A DNA stretch of 63,517 nucleotides, counting the filler, from Choristocarpus tenellus KU-1152 (Eukaryota > Protista > Phaeophyceae): the NCBI GenBank assembly GCA_964200185.2. It is 14 parts of 14 records of this genome, joined end to end, with 100 filler letters (N's around TTAATTAATTAA, not from the genome) between each part and the next. Parts side by side here need not be neighbours in the genome. Positions count along the whole stretch, not along the records: positions 23,774 to 27,978 come from CAXNAD020015709.1; positions 28,079 to 33,633 come from CAXNAD020010440.1; positions 33,734 to 42,940 come from CAXNAD020003881.1; 11 more parts are not named here. One strand, given 5' to 3'. The notes under the pieces are model-generated. The model was not told the DNA's origin and did not search any database. It was given only the letters and a program-made list of their open reading frames with translations. Position numbers and translations under genes: made by a program. This document shows positions 25,272 to 38,039 of the stretch, piece by piece. The number at the start of each line of letters is the position of its first letter. Positions within the stretch are counted from its first letter, which is position 1.

Positions 25272-25633
25272 NNNNNNNNNNTATGTGTATATAAAATGTC
25301 CTCAACATAAGAATACTATAAGACAATGCGTGGAAACCACTGTATAAAATATATCTTCAAAACCTATAATATCTATGAAATACTTTTTGTTTGTTTTGAA
25401 GGTCATACGTTGTGCAAACTTTGAATCGAATTCGTCACACATCAAAAACTGAATCATCCACATTCGTTGTTGAAAGGTGAAGGTTGGGTAACGAGAGTTG
25501 TTCAACCAGAAACAGATTTGGATTGGACTCGTATACAGGAGCATTCGGGGTTGGGGGTCGCGTGATCACTGCGATTCTGGGATAGGTTGCGCTAGGTGGT
25601 GGATATTTGTCCGGTTGGTTGAACTTCAAGGAG

Positions 25634-26764
25634 ATGCACCAAAAAAAACTGATGTTGGGATTGGGTATCCTCGCAGCGGAAATGGCTGGCAGTGATGCTT
25701 TTGTATTACCCTCGAATCTGGCGGCTGGTAGGAGGACAGTTGGACTACGGTAAGAACGTAAGAAACATGTGGAAGCATTGATCCTAGCAGTCCATAGTCT
25801 CGGTATCGTTTGTGTTGCATGGATTTGTGAGAGGGGGCTGCATCTCGCTTGGTCTATCGAAGCCAAAGAACTCGTCAGCAGTGAATTTAGTTTTCTATGT
25901 AGAGTTTGACTGTGTCAAATCCTTTGAGGGCTTACACCTTCGCTGCGATGTTTTGTACCGCTATTTCTTATCGCCTTTTTTGTTGGTAACTTTATGGCGC
26001 TCCTCATTTCTCAAGTCCTCGTATCTCACCTGGAACTTCCCCTAACAACACCCATGTTGTTACTTTCATCGATAGAGTCTCCTGCTACGTAACTCCTCCT
26101 CCCCACCTTGCCCCCATTTTTTTAAATGTTCACGGTTAGGTCCACGGTAAGGTTACGAGAACTCCCGTCGAAGCCACTAGTGTCTCCCTTGATGTCAGCT
26201 GGAGGAGCTTCCCTTGTCGACAGACCTATGAGTAACTGGGGTCCGAGTGAAGATGGCCTGAGCAAGCAATTTGTCGTGGTGAGCGCGACGTATATGGGTG
26301 GATGCGATTGTCCCCAGTCACTGCCAGCAAGAAACAGGGGTGTGTCTCACTTTCCTCGCTGGAGAGAACCGCATGGCAGACCCCCTGTCCTTCGCACAAT
26401 TCGTGAATTGCAAGTGCGTCTCTCAATGCAAAAGTAAAGAGGGTTGTTCTATGCCCACGAAGTTTCAAGCAGCAATTGTGGATTATTTACTTTATCTGCT
26501 CGGGCTTACGTTTCCTTGTGTGTACCGTCTATCCTTCTTTCTGCCCCTTCCCTTACTGTCTCGCAGGCAATATCTGATGGCTTGCATTTTGCGAAAGTAG
26601 TGGACTCTTCCAACAAGGGAATCCTCGTGGTGATATTGGCATATGTTCCTTGGTGTCGATCCTGCAAAACACTAAGACATCGAATCCGGCATGTAGCCGA
26701 GGACCACAAATCCCGAGATTCTGCCACTCAGTTCTACGAGCTGGACCTGTTCGAAAATAAACAG
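25634..26764 (+). CDS. Plastid-targeted thioredoxin-like protein, exons 25634-25749, 26140-26278 and 26567-26764; 3' exons unresolved
   Basis: Signal peptide ending GSDA|FVLP, R/S-rich transit peptide, VVILAYVPWCRSCK active site; all junctions GT-AG and in frame. Confidence 0.82.
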
Positions 26765-27823
26765 GTAGTTAAGATATTTTGTTCAAGTAATACATCTTTT
26801 GGTGTATGCACGGGTGCATGAAAAACACAACAGATTGATCGCTCAATTAGTACAACAGGGGAGAATGTAAGGCAAATGTATCCTATTTGGCCCAATGTAT
26901 TGTGGAGGGTGCTCTTGTTAAAACATGTTTTTATTTTTATTTTTCTTCTATTTGAGGATCTTGTTGTTGTTGTTACACTCAGCATTGAGATGAAGTACCA
27001 GAGTAGGTACAGATATGGGATATTTTGCAGTGCCCATGATGTAGTGCCCACAATTGTAATGTTACTACCAATAATGTTGACTCAACTATCAATATCCTTA
27101 TCCCTAAGCCCTGTTGTGTATAGTATATATTTGAGCATTTTGGAATTGTGCGTATGTACAGCAGTTGCTAGTAAATGTGACACCAGCCGGCTGCCACGTT
27201 TAACAATTTGCTTCAACACCAACAGTGATCACAGTACTTATCACAGTAATGTAGAGGGAGTAGGATTTTTGTTGGACATCGACCAATGTAGTGTGATAAG
27301 ACGGGATTGTCTATTGCTCCAGGTATTGCTCTTTTATTTATTCAGTATTATACATTCCATGAATTACAACCTCTGCATGTGGAAAGTAGCATGAAATTGG
27401 AATGAAAGCTAGGAATTAGGTATCTTTTCACACACTCGCACTGATATTTGAAAGAATCGTGAAAGCGTTGTGAAGCAGCAATAGCACAAAAGTGTGTTAT
27501 TTTGTATTACACCAAAAAATTGTAGTCTCTATACCAGTTCTGACCAACAGTGATTATTGAAGGTTTTTCAACATTGCAAGTACATACACAGAGTATTGAA
27601 CTTGGGCTTGAAAGTGCATGTGGAGCTTTGTTGTCTGGAAAGCTGTACCACTTTTGTTTTTGGTGGAATGAACTAAGACTGCAGGTACATTCGTCTTTTT
27701 TTGTGGGCTTCACTGCCTCTCTCCCTCTCATCCACATGTATACATACAAAGCACTCAAGCGTGTGCACACACATACATGCAGTGTAGTGTAGTCAGCATT
27801 AGAAAATGTAGTGTAACTTTGGT

Positions 27824-27978
27824 GGGTCAAAGTATCTGGGGGGGGATGTCGGCGTCCGTTTTTCACCCTTTTTTTGATTTTCACTTTTTGGTGTGATTTG
27901 GTCGCATGTGTTGAATTTGAAATGTCAGGGAAAAAAAGAGTGGTTTGACTGAAACGGATGCCCCCTCACAACCCCCCC
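27824..27978 (+). mobile_element. MITE family D, truncated; second copy at 56577-56719
   Basis: GGGTCAAAGTATCTGGGG terminus as in family A, but GTCCGTTT / AAACGGA subterminal repeats and a different interior. Confidence 0.88.
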
Positions 27979-28078
27979 NNNNNNNNNNNNNNNNNNNNNN
28001 NNNNNNNNNNNNNNNNNNNNNNTTAATTAATTAANNNNNNNNNNNNNNNNNNNNNNNNNNNNNNNNNNNNNNNNNNNN

Positions 28079-28569
28079 CGCTATTAGATGGAGTACTTAC
28101 CTTCACAAGAGATCCTGGTTGCCACTACACCCTCCATGGTCAACGCATATTGCCGCGACTAGATCGAAATACTGAAGTTGCTTTAAAGGCCACTATAGCC
28201 CCCTCACTTGCACCCCACGCTCCCCACACGGAGATCGACATTAACCTCTTCCACCGCTCTTATGGCCACACACACGAGGCATTGCTCAAGTCCACCGCCA
28301 CTTCAATCGGCATTGCATTGGTGGGTAAGCTGGAGCCATGTGCGGGCTGCTCTATGTCCAAGGGCATACGGAAGGGTGTCCGGTCCAGCATGTCTTCAAG
28401 GGCGGTAAGAAAGCTGGATCGGGTTTTTGTCGACCTAAGTAGGAAAAGGGCTACCCTTTCAATCGGTGGTAAACAATACACCATGATAAGCCAGGACGAT
28501 TATTCTCGTTTTGTTTGGTTGTATTTCCTTCGTGCTAAGTCGGATGCCGCCGAAGCCTTCAAGAAGTAC
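28079..28569 (+). mobile_element. Second Copia remnant (pre-integrase / integrase), paralogous to 7590-8160
   Basis: High similarity; HRSYGHTH, CAGCSMSK, VFVDLS, DDYSRFVWLYFL. Confidence 0.93.
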
Positions 28570-30073
28570 AACCAAACAAAACGAGAATAATCGTTGTTTG
28601 AGCTAGGAGGGAGGGTGTTCGATTAGACTATTCCAACTCTATCGGACAGTTACGGTAAAATATGTATGGAGTAATGGAACAATCAATTAGTGGTTGAGTT
28701 ATCAGAACCTTTTACTAGTAACTAGTTGTATGAGAATTTTTCTCATAATATAAAAGGAAATATTTATGATTTTATGGGGTATTATTGCATGCCCCACCTA
28801 ACTTTAATCAATCACTCTACAGACACCAAGCAATCTCGCTGGGTTTATAATCATTCTCATATTCAGTACTTTTCACCCCCCTTAGGTTTAGGGTTAGGTT
28901 TTCCACACCAGTGCCGTGAACCTGGGTGAAAGTAAAGAAAAAAAGACGAACCGGGAGAGGGAGCTGCTTGAAGACAGGGGAATTAAGGACAGGAAGGACC
29001 TGTCTGTACTAGGGGACACCTTGGAAATAATGGACAAAACCACCACAACACCTCGCTGGTAGTCATCATTTTTTTTCCAGCTATCCTAAACTGTTTGATA
29101 TCTTTAAAATATAGAGAAAATAATTAATTTAGTGGATGAAGGGGTTTTCTATAGCTGGAGAGGTCTTTTCGTCCCTGAACGCATCTTTTCGGAAAGCTGA
29201 TAATTGTTGTGATATTTATGGTGTTGAGTCGTTTTCGGAATAGGAACACAAAGGTATGTTGACGTTTGGCATGTAGAAGACTCATCACATACATTCTCAC
29301 ACACCGATCATTGCAAAAGCAGAATGGGGCGGGTGTTCTTTATCAGCCCTTAAAATGCTAATAGAGCATGTACAAACGCATAATAACATGGGCCATTATT
29401 TGGGCTCATTTCAACAAGTTTCCCATTAACGATAAACTACAATATCCATGAGAAAAATCCATTTCAGTTCCGTCTCACAGACCTCAACTGCCAAAAAAAA
29501 AAATTCTAGGAAAACTCGCTCTGGATTTTAACAGCCAGCTCTGGGCTCAAAATATCCTGTTTTTTTATACGTCCATCAGTTACAGATTGATCTCTTTCTA
29601 TCAAAGTGTTTTTTTGCCAAGACATCCGTGATGAAATTGAAGGGCGAGGACTGATCATTGGATGATACTCAGGGTGGCTTTTTGAGAAAGTTTTTAGGAG
29701 TGGAGGACCTACAGTAATAGTAGGATGGGTAACTAGACATAAACCCCTTTGAACCATATTATGTGTCCTGACTAAACGATCAGTTGTCACTGTTACGCCG
29801 CTTCAGTTGCAAGCTGGGATGTCCATTTGTGCTCCTATCAATCATTGTGTGTTCAACACAAAAACCAACGATATATATGTATGATACGTCGACATAGACA
29901 GTTTTTTTTAGATAGAACACTTATAGAACACTTATTGTTTTGTCTCACCATAGTAAGTTTTATTGTTGCCTTGTTGGGGATTCGAGTGTAACCGTGATGT
30001 AACCACACAGTGGTGATAAAACAGTAATAATTTCTGGTGAACGCTAGGTATTTTTGTAATATTTGTGTATTAA

Positions 30074-33000
30074 TTGCATCCACCTGAAGAGATCAGCAGG
30101 AGGTTCAAAATATTTTCGAGAAGGAAGGCTGGGATGAGCAAGGTGCAGAGTAGAACAGGAGTGAGTCGCAACATCAATGATACCATCTTGGTTGGAGAGG
30201 AAAATCTTTATAGATGCGTTACCAGGGCTGATGGGTCTATAAACAACGCCGAAACTCAGGCTGCTGCGTTACACCTTGTGCTGTGCTACAACCGTGTGGC
30301 CATGCGTCTGTTAGCCGAGGGGGACCTCAAGGTAAGTTCAGCTTCGTGCGGTTGTAAAATATGCTCCGTCTAAATTCTATGCAAGGACTTCATCGACACA
30401 ATTAACGAGCATACACGGGATGTGCTCCGAAGCTATTCCATTAAATTCTATGCGACCTCTCACCATCCAGGCGAGTGTTCATAGTAACGCCTGCTCTCTG
30501 AGATAATCGTTTCCGAATCTCCACAAATGCCTAAAGTGTGGTATCCAGGTTTACAAGCGTCACGGAGATAATCGACACCAGAAGAGTGGGTGATTACAAA
30601 TAGTCATGTAATACGCCTGGCCTTGTCATACTTTGTGTAATTTAAGGTCGTCGAATACCACAGGCAATGAGGGTGTGCAATACAGTAGAGAGTAAACTGA
30701 AGTGCGATACTCGTAATCATACATATCAATATGTCATTTATGATGTGTGATCGTACGGGAGCATCTTCCATCCATTGTCGTGGGTCTTTTAATTCCGAAG
30801 CAAGGTCCTCTTGTCTAAGAGTCACCTAGAGAAGGTCTATGTGATAGTATGGGGGTACTACCAATGTTAATATTCACGAGTAACTCAATAACAGGTAAGT
30901 ACGGCTGTATCTTCTGCGTACAGTACACCGTAACATACTTCGAAATGGCTTTCTGGGAACACGTCCACGCTGATGTCTATCATTCCACCCTCGAATACTG
31001 TGCTCTACGAAGAAGTTTTGAGGATAAGCTTTCAGATACTCTAGATAACATTCACTATTCATTCATCATATGTAATTCAAAATTCTCATTAGAGGATGCT
31101 CAATATCGTGTGAAGGGATATTAAACTGTTCAAATTTGAATGCACCACTACATATACAGGGGAGCTGCATGCTCTGTGTGGTGGAATGATCGATCCTCAC
31201 TTAAACCACGAGTGAGAATATTTACTGAATAGGCATCAGAACTTGCAATGTGATAATATTTTCCTTGGTTGCTAAGAGTTGTGAAGTATAAGAGCATGGA
31301 AACATGGATACCCCAAACTCCTCCACTACGGCCCTTCGTCAAAAGCAATAATTTATAGTGTCTATAAAAGTATAATCAGCATATACTGTGAATGATCTAA
31401 TAAGCAAATCTTTGTTCTTCTCCATAGTACATTGAGGAACATATTCTGGTTCTAGGTTGATGGAACAGAACTGAAAATGGTGCCCTTCAAATGAGTTCAT
31501 CCATATACCCCAAAAAACATATCCAAACATCTATCTCCTTTTAAAAAATATTGCAGCACACCTTATTGTTTGTATTTTGAAAGAGATGATGATCTCTATC
31601 ACTCATGTTTCGGGCAGATGAGACCTTGTCACCCCCCTCTGTTGACATACTCTGGTGTGTGTGTACAGGACTATGCTTTCAACCAATCAGTTCTGAGGTC
31701 GTAAGTTACTGCCTCATTGAAGAGCTTGAGGTGTTGTAATGGTTGTGGATGAAGTCTTATTGTACCAAAATACATTCGCCAACGTTGATCTTGCCTCCAG
31801 TTCCGACATTTTTAGGATTTGACCATCGATCTTTGTTTTTTTCTGTGTCCTAGCCCCCAGATTGAGGACTGACTGCACAATTACCTCCAAATAGTTTGCC
31901 TTCACCTGCTACTGCATGTGCCACTATATATATAGCAGTGTCAGAGTGGATCCAGAGTCCTCGAAGGGTGTGGAAGATTAGTGAACCATGTCAAGACCCC
32001 ATTGTCTGCAAGATGGTCTTGACTGAAATGCGAAGTCTCACTCACAAGACACTTTGAAGCACTTGATCCCAATAAAACTTCGTCATACTTGCGCCTTATT
32101 CTTGGAGTATTATATCAAGAGAATGGAGTTATTCCAATAAGCCTCAAGTAGTGCTGGTCGTGTCTGTCTTCCCTTATTGTCCCTGAGTATAATTTTGCGT
32201 GTACTAAGGATACCCTCTCGGGGCTCCCTCTTCTTGCAAATATGTTCTAGCTAATTTATAGCTGCTTTTTGTGTCTGTAACCAGGCAATGTAGGTGAGGA
32301 ATTCAGGACAAAACACTCGTGCTAGTAACATATTTTTCGCTCTTGAAATAAATTGAATTTCATCACTCCACTAATTATAATGTAGAGGTATTCTTAGCTC
32401 TTCTCAAGTTAACACTGGAAGCACACAAGACCCAGTTGGATGAAACTGAAGCTCCAACTTAGCAGTTCCAACCTACTCTTGAAGCACAGAGTAAATACTC
32501 TCCTATATTTATAATATCAAAGCAGCATGCTGAGCACCCACTACTTTCCCAGCGATGTTCAGACATACATTATGTAAAGGTTGGTAACACTTGAAGCATA
32601 ATGGTATAAAGCCACAATCTTGTTGAAATAAGAATCACTAGTGAAGCCCACATGGAAGGGATCGCCTTGAACATACATATTTTTCCAAACCTAGTGCATA
32701 TTGTGATCACTCTATTAACGTGTGAGGGAACACCCCTTAATGCGGTTTTTCAAGTCCCAACCTAACAACTATCCATATGCTCTTCATGACACTCCTTGGC
32801 TCCTCATCAAGGGCGCTTTCTGTCTGCTTGACAAGGCAAAGATCCTGACAGGGCCGGGGCAGCCTTACCTCACGAGGTACAGGCTTCAAACTCGTGCTAT
32901 CACTCTCAACAATCTTGGTTGCCTCATGAAACGGTGGGGCAAGCCCCGTGTGGGTATTCGATATCTCTCAAAAGCCATCAGCATTGAGGCTCGTTGTCAA

Positions 33001-33633
33001 GACCCTGATAACCCAGCAGGGACCCACCTCAACATGAGCGCTGCTCTCAGCGGTATTGGTCTGCACCAGAAGGCAGCCTTCCATGCAGGTGCTGCTGTAG
33101 ACTTAGCTACGGAGGCATTGGGAAACTTACTTTCACGAAGGCCCAACTTACTGGCACCAGTATTACTCTCAGCTGAAACGCAAGGGGATAGTGAGGAAGC
33201 AGAGGAGGGTATAACAGAGGGGTTTGGGGACAATGGAGGAGTGGAAGAGGAACAAGAAATGTATGTAGTAGAAGAGGAAAGTGATGAGGAAGAAAAGGAG
33301 GAGGAAGAAAGGGAGGAGGAGGAAGACTGCTCATTTGAGGCAGATGGGCCAACCCTAGCAGCAGCAAGTATGAAGGAGGATGACCTTAGCCTGGTGGCAA
33401 AGGAGTCCGAAACAATAGAAGACTGTCCAACCTCAGCGAGGTTGACTGAAATTGAGGAGGATAAGGAAAGATACAATGGTGAGAATGAAATTGAAGGAAA
33501 GGTTGAGGGGTCATACACAGAACACATGGGAAGTGGCGATCTGGAAGTCTCTTCTTCCTTGGGCATCCTTCTCGCCATGGCACACTATAATCTTGCCGTG
33601 GAGAAAGAACACCTCTGCCGACTGGGTCCTGCT
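30074..33633 (+). CDS. TPR-repeat protein, exons ~30074-30331 and 32812-33633, partial
   Basis: CYNRVAMRLL, AITLNNLGCLMKRWGK, THLNMSAALS.IGLH..A, AMAHYNLAVEKEHL; phase-0 intron 30332-32811; acidic insert; first exon start uncertain. Confidence 0.8.
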
Positions 33634-33802
33634 NNNNNNNNNNNNNNNNNNNNNNNNNNNNNNNNNNNNNNNNNNNNTTAATTAATTAANNNNNNNNNNN
33701 NNNNNNNNNNNNNNNNNNNNNNNNNNNNNNNNNCACCAACAAGAGAAGGGAAAAAAGAAGAAATAAAGAAGAAAAAGAGAAAAAAAAAAAGTGTGGATTG
33801 GT

Positions 33803-33836
<34 letters not shown>

Positions 33837-33992
33837 CGCAACTTTTCTTCCACTCTTCGATGGCAAGTCCATTTCCTTCACTGCATCAGACACGATCCTT
33901 GGTAAACCTCTTTTTGAACCCCCCAGGCGTTACCTTGGCCTGAGAGAGGGTTCGTTGCATGGACCGGTTCGTCATTCGACACCTACTTTCCT

Positions 33993-34142
33993 CTAACCCT
34001 AACCCTAACCCTTTTGCGATACCACACTTGACTCACTTCCCTGGAGAACATTTTACGCAAATATAAATACGCCTTTGGGCTATAAACCCGCCATCATCGG
34101 CGCGTTAGGGTTAGGGTTAGGGTTAAGGTTAGGGTTAGGGTT
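33993..34142. repeat. Interstitial telomeric repeats: (CCCTAA)3 at 33993-34012 and ~(TTAGGG)6 at 34105-34142
   Basis: Read directly from the sequence. Confidence 0.9.
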
Positions 34143-34189
34143 CAGCCTACGCTGGCAACGGTGTGCGAGTGCAACAGGCTCTTCTTCAC

Positions 34190-36437
34190 CTTCCAGTAAG
34201 CGATGTTGGCGATCTCTGGCAAGCCATCCTGCAGCCTCACCCCAGAGCAATTCATCTGCGCCAGATGGGCCGACGGGATGGGTCGGTAGCTTTCCTGTTC
34301 CTGCTCCTTTGTTCTCACTTCAGTCCCGGCACCTCTACCCCCCCCTCCGTCGCTTCCTCCTCCCACTCCACCCTCTTCCTCTTCCATAGGACCGTTCCCC
34401 CCTTCCCCGTAAGATTCCTGTCAAGGTGTCGAAGTGCCAGTCACCCGATGCGAGAAGAGAAGAAGGAAAGACCAAACAAAAAGCAAACAAATAGCAGACA
34501 AGATAGAGAGAGAGAGAGAGAAACCATCGTTGATCCAGCACAAAGACTCTCCCTGAGCGTCACGTCTGTTAAACAAGCACCTCCTCCTCGCAAAAAGAAC
34601 CTCAACCTCAAGCAAGAGGGAAGCGCAAACCCGTGCCATACTTTTTTTTCTTTTTCAAACTGGGAAATTGTTACGCGGATGTACTCTTTCTTGTACCGGA
34701 GCTATCTACACATATCAATGGAAAAAAAAAAATCAATTTCACTTTGTGCTTAGCACGTACTTCGAATTATATGCAGCGCATGACACACATAGAGGATCAT
34801 GACACACGACCACACATGTAACACCAAGCAGCACATTTGTTTTGGCGCATAAAAATTATCCCTGTCTAGTGGACTTAAGTGTACCAACAGTACCCCTGCT
34901 CGTAAAAGATCATACACCTACACACATGTATGAGAGAAGACATAATAACCAATCTACACATTCTCATGGTTCTACTTGCACTCACAGGCAGTTAATATTG
35001 CCCTGCTTTCCTCACTGTGGACCCCAGAGCCACAGCTCAGATACATGCCCAACATACACTACAGGTCAATGTAAGGAAGATTCCCCTTGTGAGGGGGGGC
35101 AATGAAACAGCAATACATGAAACTGAGCAACACTGCAAACTCATCGATCAGGATGGAGGGGGGTCCGCACCCCTCACAATAGCAGCACAGTGAAACATTG
35201 GAAGGAGGTAGTCTCATATTTATTGTTGATAGCTGTATGAGTAAATAAAATGCACAAAAACCAGGTGACGTGTGGAAATATCACCCTAGGTGTGATGGGA
35301 TGAAATACCAGGTTCTCCATTTTCCTGGAATGAAATGTTTTGGTTGGCTAATTCATCAAACACTCTAATTCAATTAGTTTGCACGACTCTTTCTTCCCTA
35401 AGGGTTGAGAGGATGTATTGATGACATTGGAGGCACCGAAGTGTTCTCACCTTACTCGCCAGGTGGTTCGCACTCCCCCCCCCCAAGCCCGGATCGTCCG
35501 TGCCCTCGCTCGCCTCCGTATTTAGTGACCCAGTCTCCTCCGCCGGAGCATTCCCCACATCCACAGAGGAATCTCGGTTAGGATCGAGAGGAAATGCTGG
35601 ATGCGACTTCTCCTTCGCCATCCCTGTGACAACCCCCTCCTTCGCTCCACCCCCCGTAGTTGGTCTCTGGACACCCTCAACTCCCTCCACTGGGTCTTCC
35701 ACTAAGCCTGCTATAGGGTTCAGACCAGGGTCCATCCCGCCCTTCTATGCATGAAAGGGGAGAGGAGAAAGTGCAAGAAGTAGTTTAGACAACCCCATTC
35801 AGCACACTTTTCTGAGACCCACCCCCCTCTAGACTCCCGAACCGTGATCGCAGCGAGCAGCATTCTTCAAGTAGCTCTACAAAATCTCGAAACAAAAACA
35901 TTATCGCGTTCGTTATACAGTAGTCTTGCCAGACCGAATGACTATTTTGCTAACAGGTTGAACTCCACGAATACCAACTGGTCAGGCCCATACAAAACTC
36001 TAACGTACCTTGTCAATGGTACCCGATAAATCCTCATGCTTTGGATTCACTGCATCCCCTCCCTCTGCAAATTGTTCCAACGGTCTCAATCCACCCTGAC
36101 CTCCATCTTCCACGAGCGGTCTCAACCCAGCTTGATTTGGCGACCCTTCTGCGATGTTTCCCTTCGTCTCTATTCCAGTCACCTCCATCTCCCCCATCAT
36201 ATCCGTAGCCATGCTTTCCTTTACCACCGAGCCATCGGCCACCGTCTTCGAAGCTTCCTCCCCAACATTTATAGGCACCTCTTTCCCACTCTCTATGGAT
36301 CCATCAATGCTGAGTTGACCGGACGAGGTTCTGTGATCTCCTTCTTGTCGTATATTTTGTTGGGAGAAAAACACTACGAAGAAATAGGAGAGAAGGACCA
36401 GGACCAAGCCATAACGCATCAGAAAATTTCGAATCAT
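34190..36437 (-). CDS. Type II membrane protein, possibly the N-terminal part of an O-fucosyltransferase-family glycosyltransferase; exons 36437-36009, 35744-35451 and 34417-34190
   Basis: N-terminal TM segment, long acidic/Gly stem, three phase-0 GT-AG exons; HLAQMNC...IAYWK resembles the pre-catalytic segment of stramenopile O-fucosyltransferases (from recall; catalytic domain not seen). Confidence 0.6.
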
Positions 36438-36907
36438 GAGAGTTTGGTCTTCCTGCCATGCATGAAGGTATACCAGGTATGAGGCGATCTAGAAATGCAT
36501 TACACAATACAATTGTTGAGATATTAGGTGAAGAGGTAGTTGAAGGGATGATGGGACATCACAACAAGTATGTTTCTTGGCAAGTTGGTGAAAAATATCA
36601 TAGAGTGGATACACAATAATAATATATATTTTATGACAACAATCTAGTGTAAACAATATCACCGTCCTGCTAAGGTATACCTTCAAACGGACCTTCAATT
36701 AGAAGGTATACCTCAGTCTGTTTCCGTTGTATAGTGGTAATAGCCTGGGCAATAAAAGCATATTCATGATGCCAGTCACAAGGCCCTCCAGGATGCTAAC
36801 AAATATATGCATATTTCGGTTTTGTATCATTTTTTGGAGAGAACTTTCAATTCTTTGCCTTTTGAAATTACAGAGATGAAAATTATGCCTTAAAATGCAA
36901 AACAGAC

Positions 36908-36942
36908 AAAACCTGGGTACGTCTTCTTGTTTCCTTTGCCTC
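36908..36942 (+). mobile_element. MITE family C right terminus; other C copies at 46920-~47050 and ~56305-56553
   Basis: CTGGGTACGTCTT...TTTGCCTC matches 15692-15718. Confidence 0.65.
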
Positions 36943-38039
36943 ATTCTCTCAATGCACAGAAATTATTCCTGCCTATCAACAACCCTGCCTGGATGCACCT
37001 AACTCCAACTTTACACCCCAGTCAATCAATGCCAATCCAATTATTGAAAGTCATTTCTATACCAAATACTTGATTGCGTGATATACTGCGGGTGATATTT
37101 TTGGTGTTGCGAATCTCTTGTTTGTCTCTATCAAAGATTTGAGGTTTTGCTTTTTTCAATATGTGTATGCACTAATTAATTGGACGTTTGCCCTAGCCTA
37201 TATCAACATATGCCACGTTGATTAACCATACATGTATGTGCACCCATGTACAAGGAGGGAAGACCCTTCTTTATTTTGCCCTCCTTCCTTCCTTCTTTTA
37301 CTTCCCCTTTCTACATTTTTTTTCTTTTGTACAGGAGGATAACTGTTTTGGCTTGAACACTAGTTTCAGTGGTGGTGTATCGCCAACTCCATCCCCATGC
37401 TGCCCACCATTTAAGATTGGCCTTCTTTGCCACTTTCTGTACATGTTTGTGTTTGATGTGATAGTGTGTATTTCTACACCACTACATTCTTATCGTTTTC
37501 CCCCTCAGGATGCATACTATTTTCTTCTACAGCAGGCAACATAATTTACCTCCTTCCAAAGGTTTCATTATATATTTATTGTTTATGCTTGTTTATATAT
37601 ATTTCCATATATAGTCATTTTATTTTTCATTCCCCTTCAACAAGGCTCAAATTTCATCGATGGCAACAATCTCTTAACCATTGCTCAGACTGGAATATCC
37701 GTATTCTATGCTATTGAAATCTATGTACTTCCTTTCAAAATTAAATGTAACGTAAATTTTGCGGCCCATATATATGAAGAATCAAGATTTTTTGTCATAT
37801 GTTCATACTCTGTGGGTGTATTGTGCACACACTCAAGGTTGCTCACCAACTCTCAACCAAAATGGGACAACCTACACCTATCTATGATTCCGTCCCTGAA
37901 GCCCTCCAAAATTCCATTCGAGCACGGTATTTCACCACATCCACTGAGCCATTCAGAGGGAGCTTACCCGCCTTCTTAGCCTTTTCCTTGCTAAGATGGT
38001 GAATTTTGAAGATGTTGTCATTCTTGGACCCCAGCACTT

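Noticed and set aside
32997-33578. Ser-rich 193-aa minus-strand ORF; similar antisense ORFs at 11880-12485 and 36036-36482
   Set aside because: Antisense shadows of low-complexity regions of genes on the opposite strand.
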